Assembly: GCA_964455625.1 (NCBI GenBank)
Contig: CAYVXZ010000002.1
Span: 60,949 to 124,948, forward strand
DNA length: 64,000 bases
Direction of reading: 5' to 3'
DNA from: an uncultured Planctomycetales bacterium
Lineage (GTDB): Bacteria; Planctomycetota; SBBH01
The notes beneath the pieces were generated by a model. That model searched no databases, was not told where the DNA came from, and worked only from the letters and a program-made list of their open reading frames with translations. A program made the position numbers and the translations under genes. Below are positions 1 through 8,433 of the stretch, piece by piece. Position 1 is the first letter of the stretch, and each line of letters starts with the position of its first letter.

Positions 1-1048
1 AGAGGAGGAACCCGCCGCAGGCGAGGACCTCGAGGATCCGGGGACCCAGGCCCGTGTCGAACATGACCTTCGAGACGTTCACGTTGACGAGCGCCCCGTT
101 GATCGCCTCGGGGAGGTCCGTCGCCCAGTCCGCCTCGCCCCGCCAGTCGAGGTCCGGGATGCCGGCGTCCCGCCAGGCGGACGGCCCCCAGACGGCGATA
201 CCGAGGGGAACGAGGCGCCTTACCGCCTCGACGCGCTGGCGCATCGCGGCCGCGATTCCCAGCTGGATCGCGAGCGTTTCCCTCTCGGGGGCCCTGTCAG
301 GGGGATAGAAGAAGAGCAGACGGTACTTCTTCTCCAGTTCCGGGATCATCTCCGCGATCCGGAAGCGCGAATAATCCGGAACCTGGCGGTCGGCCAGCTC
401 CTCCGCCATCATCCCGAGGCGATCGCAGACCGAGTGCGCCAGGGGCGACCGGCTTGCCGCGCGCATCTGGCGGACCGCCTCGCGGATCCGGTCGAGGCCG
501 TTGTCGGGGCCGGCGAGCGGCGATCCGATGAAGCTGACGGGGGCGCCGTAGCGCGCCGTCTCCTCCGCGGAGAGCGCCAGGGGACGGAACCGTCCCGCGT
601 CGACGCCGAACGGGAGGAATTCCGCGTGGCGCGCGCCGGCCGCGCGGTATCGCTCGACCTGTTCCGGCCCGCAGGTGAAGACGTAGAGATCCCGGCAGGG
701 GATCCCCTCCCGGAAATTCCAGTCGAGATGGCTGGCAAAGCGGATCGGCGAGGCGGCCCCGTCGTCCGCGTCCCGCGCCGGGTCATGGCGCAACCGGGGG
801 GAGTAGTACCACTGGTCGAGCGGCAGTCCCACGAACGGGATCCCCCGCGCGGTCACGCGGTGGAGCGTCGGGGCGCCCATGTTCGAGTCCACGACGAAGA
901 GGGGCGGGGGGCCGTCCTCCCCCGCGCGATCCGCCTCGGCGCGTTCCACCAGGCGGACCGGGAACCCCAGCGCGGCGAAGGCGGACGCGTAGTCCGCCAT
1001 GTAGAGCGCGCGCCTCACGAGCCAGATTTCGGGGCCGGCGGGGGCCAT
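1..1048 (-). CDS. CgeB-like glycosyltransferase (DUF3880-like N-terminus plus GT1-like C-terminal domain), paralog 1; partial, C-terminus runs off window start
   Basis: Not in ORF track because no stop occurs before window edge. Manual reverse-complement translation from ATG at 1048-1046 gives MAPAGPEIWLVRRALYMADYASAFAALGFPVRLVERAEADRAG..LFVVDSNMGAPTLHRVTARGIPFVGLPLDQWYYSP. The reverse complement of 1-60 gives ..DTGLGPRILEVLACGGFLL, colinear with the FEVLACGGFLL motif of the two downstream paralogs. Confidence 0.6.
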   Translation of the reverse strand, partial: MAPAGPEIWLVRRALYMADYASAFAALGFPVRLVERAEADRAGEDGPPPLFVVDSNMGAPTLHRVTARGIPFVGLPLDQWYYSPRLRHDPARDADDGAASPIRFASHLDWNFREGIPCRDLYVFTCGPEQVERYRAAGARHAEFLPFGVDAGRFRPLALSAEETARYGAPVSFIGSPLAGPDNGLDRIREAVRQMRAASRSPLAHSVCDRLGMMAEELADRQVPDYSRFRIAEMIPELEKKYRLLFFYPPDRAPERETLAIQLGIAAAMRQRVEAVRRLVPLGIAVWGPSAWRDAGIPDLDWRGEADWATDLPEAINGALVNVNVSKVMFDTGLGPRILEVLACGGFLL

Positions 1049-1144
1049 ACCCCATGTATCGACGCGGCGGGCAGGATCCGTGAAGGGGAAAAGGGGCCAG
1101 AAAACGGGGCGGAATGTCGAAATAAGGAGGGCAGGGGGGCTCCG

Positions 1145-2470
1145 ATCCTGGACACGGAAGAACGGGACATCTGGATCGTCAACCGGCCGCTCTACGCCGC
1201 CGACTGCGCGCGGGCGTTCCGGTCGCTCGGCTTCCGGGTCCGCCTCGTCGAGCGCGCGGAAGCGGACCGGGCGGGCCTGGAGGGTCCCGCTCCTCTTTTC
1301 GTCCTCGACACGAACCTGGGGGCGATGACCTGCCGTCTCGTCAGCTCCCGCGGGATCCCTTACGTGGGGGCCGTGCTCGACCACTGGTATTTCTCGCCGG
1401 ACTACGCCCTCCGGCAGCGGGATCTCGAGGTGTCGGCCGCCCTGAACGTCACCCCGTTCAAGACGCTTCTCGACTGGAACTTCACGCCGGATTCCCCGCT
1501 CTACCAGCCGGGACCGGCGGCGCGGCGGGACAGGATCCTTGTCTTCACGCTGGCTCCGGAACAGGTCCCCGCTTGGCGGCGCCTCGGGATGGCGCACGCG
1601 GAGCACCTCCAGATGGGGGTGGACCCGGAGCGGTTCCGGCCGATGGATCTCACGGACGGGGAGCGCGCCCGGCTGGGGGCGGCGGTCGGCTTCGTCGGCT
1701 CGCCCCTCCTGGGAGACCGGACCGACGGGTACGTGAAGCTCCAGAAGGGGTTTTCCGCGGTCCTTGCGGGCGATCCGGACCCGCGCATCCGGTCGGTCGT
1801 GACGCGCCTGAAGACGCTCGTCGAGGAAGCGGTCCAGGCGCAGGCCCGGGACCTCTTCCGTTTTTCCCTTCCCCGGCTTTTCCTGGAAGGGGAAATCCGG
1901 CATCGGGTCTCGCTTTTCGAGCCGGGAGGGATGACCCCCCTGAAGGAAAGCTGGGCGATCCTGACCGGCGCCCATATCGCGATGCTCCAGCGCGTCGAGA
2001 TGGCGAAACGCCTGGCCCGACTTGGCCTCGCGGTCTGGGGCGGCGCGGAATGGAAACTCGTGGACGCCCCGGGCCTCGACTACCGGGGCCCGGCCGACTG
2101 GGAGTCGGAACTGCCGGCGATCCTCAACGCGACGGGGATCTCGCTCAACATCTCGAAGCTCCCATTTCCCGGGACGGTGGGGGCCCGCGTCTTCGAGGTC
2201 CTCGCCTGCGGCGGATTCCTTCTCTCGAACCGCTACCCGGGGATCGAGGCGCTCTTCGAGGACGGCAGGGAGCTGGTCTATTATGACGATTTCGACGATC
2301 TCGAACGGAAGATCCGGCACTACCGGGACCGCCCGGAGGAGCGCCGGGCGATCGGCGCGCGGGGACGCGCCGCGATCCTGGCGCGCCACACCTGGCGGCA
2401 CTACGCCGGCCGGATCCTGGCGGTCCTCGAGGAGAAGGGGATCCTCGCGGCGGAGGCGGCCGTCCGATGA
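1145..2470 (+). CDS. CgeB-like glycosyltransferase, paralog 2 (start uncertain)
   Basis: C-terminal about 440 aa of track ORF 434..2470 align residue by residue with ORF 2467..3789 (LDHWYFS, FTLAPEQ(V/I)P(A/R)W, FEVLACGGFLL, YDDFDDLE). Upstream part of the track ORF is non-protein-like. AAGGAGG at 1124-1130. No canonical start codon sits right at the conserved N-terminus, so start is approximate. Confidence 0.6.
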   Translation: MLDTEERDIWIVNRPLYAADCARAFRSLGFRVRLVERAEADRAGLEGPAPLFVLDTNLGAMTCRLVSSRGIPYVGAVLDHWYFSPDYALRQRDLEVSAALNVTPFKTLLDWNFTPDSPLYQPGPAARRDRILVFTLAPEQVPAWRRLGMAHAEHLQMGVDPERFRPMDLTDGERARLGAAVGFVGSPLLGDRTDGYVKLQKGFSAVLAGDPDPRIRSVVTRLKTLVEEAVQAQARDLFRFSLPRLFLEGEIRHRVSLFEPGGMTPLKESWAILTGAHIAMLQRVEMAKRLARLGLAVWGGAEWKLVDAPGLDYRGPADWESELPAILNATGISLNISKLPFPGTVGARVFEVLACGGFLLSNRYPGIEALFEDGRELVYYDDFDDLERKIRHYRDRPEERRAIGARGRAAILARHTWRHYAGRILAVLEEKGILAAEAAVR

Positions 2471-3789
2471 CGCCGGGAAAGGAAGTCTGGGTCCTGAAGC
2501 CGGACCGGTATTTCATCGATTACATGAAGGGGTTCCGCGCGCTGGGGCTCGACGCCCGGATGATCGAGGCCGCTGAGGCCGAGAGCCGGATCGCCGCCGG
2601 CGAGCGTCCCCTGTTCGTCGCCGGATACAATTTCGGGCCGTCCACCTTCCGGCACGTCACGGGGCGCGGGATACCGTTCGTCGCGATCCTGCTCGACCAC
2701 TGGTACTTCTCGACCCGTCAGGCGCTCACGGAGCGGCAGATCGGGATCAGCCGGGCCTTGGGCTTCTCCCCGCTGGTCACTCCACTTGACATCCACTTCA
2801 ATCCGGACCAGCCGGTGCGTCAGAAACTGCCTCCGATGGACCCGAAGCGGCTGTACGTCTTCACGATCGCGCCGGAACAGATCCCGCGATGGAAGGAGTT
2901 GGGGGTCGGCCGCGCGGAGCACGTCCAGTTCGGGGTCGATGCGCGGAGGTTTCGTCCCATGGAACTGACGGAGGAAGACCGGCGCCGTTTCGGGGCGGCC
3001 GTCTCCTTTTTCGGGTCGCCCCCTACCCTGAAAAGCCTGTGCCGGAAGCTCGTCACGAGCCTCTCGGCCGGGCAGGAGGTGGCCCCGACCCCGCAGGAAC
3101 GGGTCGTTTACGGCAAGCTGTCGGCACTCCTCGGGGACCTCGTGCGAAGGCAGTCCGAAGACCCCTTGCGCTACCGGATGCCGGAGATCCTGCCCGAACT
3201 CGAGGCCTGGCACCGGGTCCATTTCCTGGAGCCCGGCGGGCTCACCCCGTTCAAGGAGACGTGGCTGATGCAGATCGGCCTGCAGTATTCCCTGGAGCTG
3301 CGCGTGGCGCTGGCGCGGCGCCTGACTCCGTTGGGGCTTGCGGTGTGGGGCTCCCCGTCATGGGCCGAGTGCGGGATCGATGACCTCGACTACCGGGGGG
3401 AGCTCGACTGGGAGACGGAGGCCGCCAGGGCGATCAACGCATCCGACATCAACATCAACATCTCGAAGATCATCTTCCCGACGATGGTCGGGTCGCGCCC
3501 CTTCGAGGTCCTCGCCTGCGGCGGCTTCCTGCTCACCGACCGGTATACCGCGACGGACACGCTCTTCACGGACGGCAAGCATCTTGTCTTCTACACGGAC
3601 TTCGACGACCTGGAGGACAAGGTCCGCTATTATCTGGCCCATCCCCGGGAGCGGCGCGACATCGCCGAGCGGGGGCACCGGGCGTTCCTCGAGAACCATA
3701 CGCTGATGCACCGCGTGCGCCGGATCGTGGAGGTCCTGGAGGCGGACGGCGTGATCCCGTCTCCCGCGGCCGAGCCCGTCAGCGCCTGA
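2467..3789 (+). CDS. CgeB-like glycosyltransferase, paralog 3
   Basis: 440 aa ORF. ATG overlaps the stop of paralog 2 (ATGA). Same conserved blocks as paralogs 1 and 2. Resembles the spore-maturation CgeB / Glyco_trans_1_2 family. Confidence 0.75.
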   Translation: MTPGKEVWVLKPDRYFIDYMKGFRALGLDARMIEAAEAESRIAAGERPLFVAGYNFGPSTFRHVTGRGIPFVAILLDHWYFSTRQALTERQIGISRALGFSPLVTPLDIHFNPDQPVRQKLPPMDPKRLYVFTIAPEQIPRWKELGVGRAEHVQFGVDARRFRPMELTEEDRRRFGAAVSFFGSPPTLKSLCRKLVTSLSAGQEVAPTPQERVVYGKLSALLGDLVRRQSEDPLRYRMPEILPELEAWHRVHFLEPGGLTPFKETWLMQIGLQYSLELRVALARRLTPLGLAVWGSPSWAECGIDDLDYRGELDWETEAARAINASDININISKIIFPTMVGSRPFEVLACGGFLLTDRYTATDTLFTDGKHLVFYTDFDDLEDKVRYYLAHPRERRDIAERGHRAFLENHTLMHRVRRIVEVLEADGVIPSPAAEPVSA

Positions 3790-4495
3790 CGTCGTACCAG
3801 AGGCCGCACGCCTCGCGGCGCCGGAGGTTCCCGCGGTCGAGCGCGAGGATCATCTGCCGGATCCCCTCCCAGGGCGTGAATTCGTCCGCCTTGCGCATCG
3901 AGCTGACATAGGCGTGGTCCCGCAGGGTCACGAACCGCATCCCGTGCGCGCGCCCCCAGCGTCCGAGGCGCTGGGAGAGATCGATCTCTTCCGACGCGAA
4001 GATCCGCTCGTCGAACCCCCGGACCGCGCGGAAGCCGTCCGCGCGACAGAAGAGGAGGGAGCCGGCTGCCCAGTCGGCGAAGCGTGTCACGAGATTCCAG
4101 CATTCCGCCATCGCGAACGCGGGGATCCCTCCGCCGTCGTAGGAGAGGCGCGCGCCGCCCCCGACGACGCGGCCGGTCGCGAGGGCCGCTGCCGCCGCAC
4201 GGAGAAGCGGCCCGTTCACCAGCGTGTCGGCATCGACGAACAGGAGCCAGCGTCCCCCGGCCGCCGCGGCACCGGCGTTCCGCGTCGCGGCGATGTTGCG
4301 CGCCCCCGACGGGACGACGCGGGCGCCCGCGTCGCGCGCGACCTCGGCCGTCCGGTCGGTCGATGCGTCATCCGCGACGATCACCTCGCCCGCGACGCCG
4401 GCTTCCGCGAGAGCGGCGCGGGCCGCGGCCAGGCATCCGGGCAGGTAGCGCTCCTCGTTCCGGGCCGGGACCACGACGGAAAGTTCCGCGGTCAC
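3779..4495 (-). CDS. family 2 glycosyltransferase
   Basis: 238 aa. LSVVVPARNEE...VADDASTD...FVDADT motifs typical of GT2 (DxD-type). Confidence 0.7.
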   Translation of the reverse strand: MTAELSVVVPARNEERYLPGCLAAARAALAEAGVAGEVIVADDASTDRTAEVARDAGARVVPSGARNIAATRNAGAAAAGGRWLLFVDADTLVNGPLLRAAAAALATGRVVGGGARLSYDGGGIPAFAMAECWNLVTRFADWAAGSLLFCRADGFRAVRGFDERIFASEEIDLSQRLGRWGRAHGMRFVTLRDHAYVSSMRKADEFTPWEGIRQMILALDRGNLRRREACGLWYDVRR

Positions 4496-4536
4496 AAGGG
4501 GATTGTAAGGCTCCCGCGGTCCGGTATCTTCACGGG

Positions 4537-5691
4537 ATGCCTGCCGCGATCGGGGCGGAGCCGGCCCCCGTCCAGGAAATCCTGACCCGGGCGCGCGAGG
4601 GGGAGCGCCTCTCCCGCGAGGCGGCCTCCGCGCTCTGGGAGGGGGCGACGCTCGCGGATCTCGGCGCGGCGGCGCACGCGCTCCGGATGAGAAAGGTCCC
4701 GCGTCGCGTCGTGACCTATCTCGTCGACCGGAACATCAACTACACGAACGCCTGCGTCACCGTCTGCAAGTTCTGCTCCTTCTACCGCTATCCCGGGGAT
4801 CCGGAGGTCTACGTCCTGACGAAGGACGAGATCGGGGCGAAGATCGATGAACTCGTCGCGATCGGCGGGACGCGGATCCTGATGCAGGGGGGACACAACC
4901 CGGATCTCCGGATCGCCTGGTACGAGGACCTCCTGCGCTGGATCCGGGCAGGGTGGCCCGCGCTCGCGATCGACGCCTTTTCCCCGTCGGAGATCGACCA
5001 TATCGCGCGGGTGGAAGGGATGACGGTCGAGGCGGTCCTCGGACGCCTGCAGGAAGCGGGGCTCACCGGGCTCCCGGGCGGCGGCGCCGAGATCCTGGAC
5101 GACGCGATGCGCGGCTGGATCAGCCCCCTGAAGCAGAAGGCGGACGGATGGCTTTCTGTGATGCGGACGGCCCAGAAGAGGGGCCTCGCCACCTCCGCCA
5201 CGATGGTGATCGGCTTCGGGGAGACCCTCGAGCACCGCCTCAACCACCTGGAGAGGCTCCGGGCCCTACAGGAGGAGTCGCTCGCGTCGCACGGGAACGG
5301 CTTCACGTCGTTCATCGCCTGGACGATGCAGCTGGCGCACAACGACCTGGGGAAGGCGGTCGCCCGCCGCGGCCACCGTCCGGCGGGGGCGCACGCGTAC
5401 CTGAAGAATCTCGCGCTCTCGCGCCTCTACCTCGACAACGTCGACCACCTGTCCGCCTCCTGGCCGACGCAGGGAGAGGCGGTGGCGCAGGTGGGGCTTG
5501 TCTTCGGGGCGGACGATTTCGGGAGCACCATGATGGAGGAGAACGTCGTCTCCGCCTCGGGGGCCGTGGAATGCCGCAAGACGGTGGAGACGATCCGCCG
5601 GCAGATCCGGGCCGCGGGGTACCGGCCCGCCCAACGCGATACGCGTTACAGGCCCGTCGGGGAAGGGTCGATAGAGGATGAAGCGGGTTGA
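4537..5691 (+). CDS. radical SAM enzyme of the futalosine menaquinone pathway (MqnC/MqnE-type; cannot be distinguished by eye)
   Basis: Track ORF 4084..5691 trimmed to ATG at 4537 (MPAAIGAEP). CxxxCxxC radical-SAM motif in NACVTVCKFCSF. Overall similarity to the MqnC/MqnE/CofH family (GGTRILMQGGHNP, GGAEIL). Confidence 0.7.
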   Translation: MPAAIGAEPAPVQEILTRAREGERLSREAASALWEGATLADLGAAAHALRMRKVPRRVVTYLVDRNINYTNACVTVCKFCSFYRYPGDPEVYVLTKDEIGAKIDELVAIGGTRILMQGGHNPDLRIAWYEDLLRWIRAGWPALAIDAFSPSEIDHIARVEGMTVEAVLGRLQEAGLTGLPGGGAEILDDAMRGWISPLKQKADGWLSVMRTAQKRGLATSATMVIGFGETLEHRLNHLERLRALQEESLASHGNGFTSFIAWTMQLAHNDLGKAVARRGHRPAGAHAYLKNLALSRLYLDNVDHLSASWPTQGEAVAQVGLVFGADDFGSTMMEENVVSASGAVECRKTVETIRRQIRAAGYRPAQRDTRYRPVGEGSIEDEAG

Positions 5692-5757
5692 TCGACGGAG
5701 ACCCCTAGATATAGTGGTCCCGGAGCGATAGGGCCCCAATTGAAAGGAGGAGAGCGC

Positions 5758-6453
5758 ATGGGAAACAGGTTTCTGGGTGTGGCGGTCGCGGCGACCCTGA
5801 TGATGGGGGTTGCTGCCCCCGCACACGCCGAGGGGAACGAGATCGTGAACGGGATGGGCAAGAAGCTCGTCCGCGGGTTCGTCGACACGTTCACCGGCAT
5901 CGTCGAATGGCCCGTCCAGACCTACAAGGGCTGGAACAACGGCATCAAATTCATCAAGAACGAGACGGGGTCGAAGATCACGGGGGGCGTCGTCGGGTTC
6001 CTCTTCACCGGGCCGAGCCACACGCTGGGCCGCACCGGTTCGGGGCTCCGCGACCTCTTCGGGTTCTGGACCGCCAACCCCAAGGACAATGACGGGGTGG
6101 GGACGCCGCTCGATGCCGAGTATTCCTGGGAGGAAGGGACGAAGTACGATTGCTTCGAGCCCAATCTCGGGGACGGGCTCCTCAAGCCCTGGGGCCGCAA
6201 GATCGTCCGCGGCGTCGGGAACGGCATCGGCGCGATCCTGGAGCTTCCCGGCCAGATCGTGAAGGGATGCAAGGAGGACAAGGTGGGTACCGGCATCGTG
6301 AAGGGGATCTGGTATCCCTTCAGCCGCGGCGCCTACGGGATCGGGGAGGCGTTCACCTTCTTCCTCCCGAACCACAAGGACAACCTCGGCCATGCCTTCG
6401 AGGAGAAGTGGCCCTGGGACGCCCTGGTGGGGAATTCCGGAAACGCGAAGTAG
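5758..6453 (+). CDS. secreted repeat protein resembling the exosortase-associated TIGR04073 family
   Basis: AGGAGG at 5745-5750 then ATG at 5758. Signal peptide MGNRFLGVAVAATLMMGVAAPAHA. Internal repeat units (KLVRGxxDxxTGxxExP.Q..KG ... GIxKGIWYPFSRGAYGIGEAFTFFLPN). Confidence 0.6.
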   Translation: MGNRFLGVAVAATLMMGVAAPAHAEGNEIVNGMGKKLVRGFVDTFTGIVEWPVQTYKGWNNGIKFIKNETGSKITGGVVGFLFTGPSHTLGRTGSGLRDLFGFWTANPKDNDGVGTPLDAEYSWEEGTKYDCFEPNLGDGLLKPWGRKIVRGVGNGIGAILELPGQIVKGCKEDKVGTGIVKGIWYPFSRGAYGIGEAFTFFLPNHKDNLGHAFEEKWPWDALVGNSGNAK

Positions 6454-6468
6454 TTCCGCGTGACGTCA

Positions 6469-6510
6469 GGACCCCGGAGGCCTGCCGGCCTCCGGGGTCT
6501 TTCTTTTTCC
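6469..6510 (+). terminator. rho-independent terminator
   Basis: GGACCCCGGAGGCC-tgcc-GGCCTCCGGGGTC perfect 13-14 bp stem followed by TTTCTTTTTCC. Lies 16 bp after the stop of the 5758..6453 gene. Confidence 0.6.
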
Positions 6511-6535
6511 GTCTTCTCTGCTAACGTGTCCCCGT

Positions 6536-7198
6536 ATGCGGAAGCGCGCGGCTTGGGCCGTCCTTTGCCTTGTCCTGTTCGCGGCCCCGGCCCGCGCCGA
6601 CGGGTTCGCGGCCACGGAGGACTTCTTCAAGGCGTGCGGGAACAAGATCCTGCGCGGCGCCGCGGACGTCCTCACCGGGTGGGTCGAGGTCGTGAACCAG
6701 CCGGTCAAGAAGACCTGGCGCGACGGTCCCGTCTCGGGGCTCACGCTCGGCCTCCTGAAAGGCGTCTGGTACGGGATCGGCCGCACGGCCCACGGGGCGG
6801 TGGAGCTCGCCACGTTCCCGCTTCCCAACCACCAGTCGAACGAGGATGTGGGGGTTCCGCTCGATGCGGAGTTCTCCTGGGAGGAGGGGGCCCCGGCGCG
6901 GCAGTACGGGCAGCCGATCGGGAACAAGCTCGTGCGCGGGGTGATCGACCTCTTCACCTTCTGGCTGGAGCTCCCCGCGCAACCCGCGGAGGGGACGCGC
7001 CAGCGCGGCGCCGGGCACGGCTGCACGGTCGGTCTCGTGAAGGGGATCTGGTTCACGCTCGGGCGGGCGGCGAGCGGCGTCCAGGAGACGGCGCTTTTCT
7101 TCTTTCCCAATCCGGTGGACACGGCGGGATACCCCTTCAGCAACCTGCGCGCCTGGGAGGGGTTCCGGCGCAAGGGGCCGCCGCCCGCGAAGGAATAG
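6536..7198 (+). CDS. secreted TIGR04073-like repeat protein, paralog 2
   Basis: Signal peptide MRKRAAWAVLCLVLFAAPARA. Same repeat architecture as upstream gene (KILRGAADVLTGWVEVVNQPVKK, GVWYGIGRTAHGAVELATFPLPN, GIWFTLGRAASGVQETALFFFPN). Confidence 0.6.
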   Translation: MRKRAAWAVLCLVLFAAPARADGFAATEDFFKACGNKILRGAADVLTGWVEVVNQPVKKTWRDGPVSGLTLGLLKGVWYGIGRTAHGAVELATFPLPNHQSNEDVGVPLDAEFSWEEGAPARQYGQPIGNKLVRGVIDLFTFWLELPAQPAEGTRQRGAGHGCTVGLVKGIWFTLGRAASGVQETALFFFPNPVDTAGYPFSNLRAWEGFRRKGPPPAKE

Positions 7199-7221
7199 CC
7201 AGGAAACAGGGAACACGGGCG

Positions 7222-8346
7222 TCAGCCCGTGATGCCCGAGCGCGCCTCGTCGAGGGTGATCCCCGCCAGGCGCATCCGGAGCGCCTCCGGATTCGGCGAC
7301 GCCTCCAGACCGGTCGCCTCGCTGATGGACCCTTCGACGATCAGCCGGTGGATCGAGTGGTTGAAGTCGTGCATCCCCTTCTCCTTGGCGCCGCGCACGA
7401 CGTCGGGGAGCTTGTGGTCCTCGGCCTTCCGGATCAGCTCCTTCACGATCGGCGTCACGAACATCACCTCGGTGGCGGGGACGCGCGGTTTCTCGGGTTT
7501 GAGGCCCGGCAGGAGCTTCTGGCAGACGATCGCCCGCAGGTTGAAGAAGAGCCCCAGGCGGATCTGGGCGTGGCGCGCCTCGGGGTAGAGCTCGAGGATC
7601 CGCAGGATCGACTGTCCCGCGCTCGCCGCGTGGAGGGTCGAGAAGACGAGGTGCCCCGTCTCGGCGGCGGCGATCGCGGCGTCGAACGTCTCGCCGTCGC
7701 GCATCTCGCCGATCAGGATCGTGTCGGGGTCCTGGCGCATCACCTGGCGCAGGGTCTCGCGGAACGAGGCGACGTCGATTCCCACCTCGCGCTGGGTCAC
7801 GAACGCCTTCCGGTCCACGATCACGTACTCGATCGGGTCCTCGACGGTGGCGATGTGGATCCGCCGCGTCGCGTTGATCTGGTCGAGGATCGAGGCGATT
7901 GTGGTGGTCTTCCCGGAGCCGGTCGGGCCGCAGACGAGGACAAGCCCTTCCTCGATCGCGAGGAGCCTTTCCATGGTGTCCTTCGGGAGGTGGAGGTCGG
8001 CGAAGCCGGGGATGCGGCTTTTCACGCGCCGCACGGCCATGGCGACGTTCCCCCGCTCGCGGAAGACGTTCACGCGGAACCGGTCGTCGCCCGAGGTGAT
8101 GGCGAGATCGACCGCGCCGACCCGGTTCAGCTCCGCCAGGTGCTCTTCCGAGAGGATCTCGTAGACCATTTCCTTGACGATCCCGGCCGTGAGGGGCGCC
8201 GTCTCGAGCGGCTTGCAGTCACCCGCCAGGCGCAGGACAGGAGGCGCTCCCGTCTTCACCAGGAGGTCGCTTCCCTCGTGCTTCACCAGCGCCTTGAGGA
8301 GCGTCTGGAGCGACGAGGATTTCGGGGATTCGCCTTGAACCGGCAT
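7222..8346 (-). CDS. pilT: type IV pilus retraction ATPase PilT
   Basis: 374 aa. Walker A GPTGSGKTT. PilT/PilU family blocks (RVNVF, LVFSTLH, GEMRD) throughout. Confidence 0.85.
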   Translation of the reverse strand: MPVQGESPKSSSLQTLLKALVKHEGSDLLVKTGAPPVLRLAGDCKPLETAPLTAGIVKEMVYEILSEEHLAELNRVGAVDLAITSGDDRFRVNVFRERGNVAMAVRRVKSRIPGFADLHLPKDTMERLLAIEEGLVLVCGPTGSGKTTTIASILDQINATRRIHIATVEDPIEYVIVDRKAFVTQREVGIDVASFRETLRQVMRQDPDTILIGEMRDGETFDAAIAAAETGHLVFSTLHAASAGQSILRILELYPEARHAQIRLGLFFNLRAIVCQKLLPGLKPEKPRVPATEVMFVTPIVKELIRKAEDHKLPDVVRGAKEKGMHDFNHSIHRLIVEGSISEATGLEASPNPEALRMRLAGITLDEARSGITG

Positions 8347-8361
8347 CGGAAGCGAGTGTAA

Positions 8362-8433
8362 AGGAGCCAGTAGTCAGGAGCCAGTAGTCAGGAGAAATCG
8401 GCCCACTTTTTGTTCTTTATTCTGGCTCCTGAC
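8362..8433. repeat. intergenic direct plus inverted repeat (GGAGCCAGTAGTCAG x2, then T-rich spacer, then inverted CTGGCTCCTGA)
   Basis: 15-mer GGAGCCAGTAGTCAG at 8362-8376 and 8377-8391. TCAGGAGCCAG pairs perfectly with CTGGCTCCTGA at 8423-8433. Lies between the AI-2E stop (8417) and the pilT start (8346), in the pilT leader. Confidence 0.5.

Noticed and set aside
434-1144. 5' 240 codons of track ORF 434..2470
   Set aside because: Translation (MRQGRPACRAHLADRL..) is not protein-like and overlaps the minus-strand CgeB-like paralog 1. Homology to paralog 3 begins only at about 1145.
6460-8361. 633-aa plus-strand ORF overlapping pilT on the opposite strand
   Set aside because: Arg/Gly/Pro-rich low-complexity translation typical of an antisense or out-of-frame reading in 70% GC DNA. 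It fully overlaps the well-supported pilT gene and the second TIGR04073-like gene.
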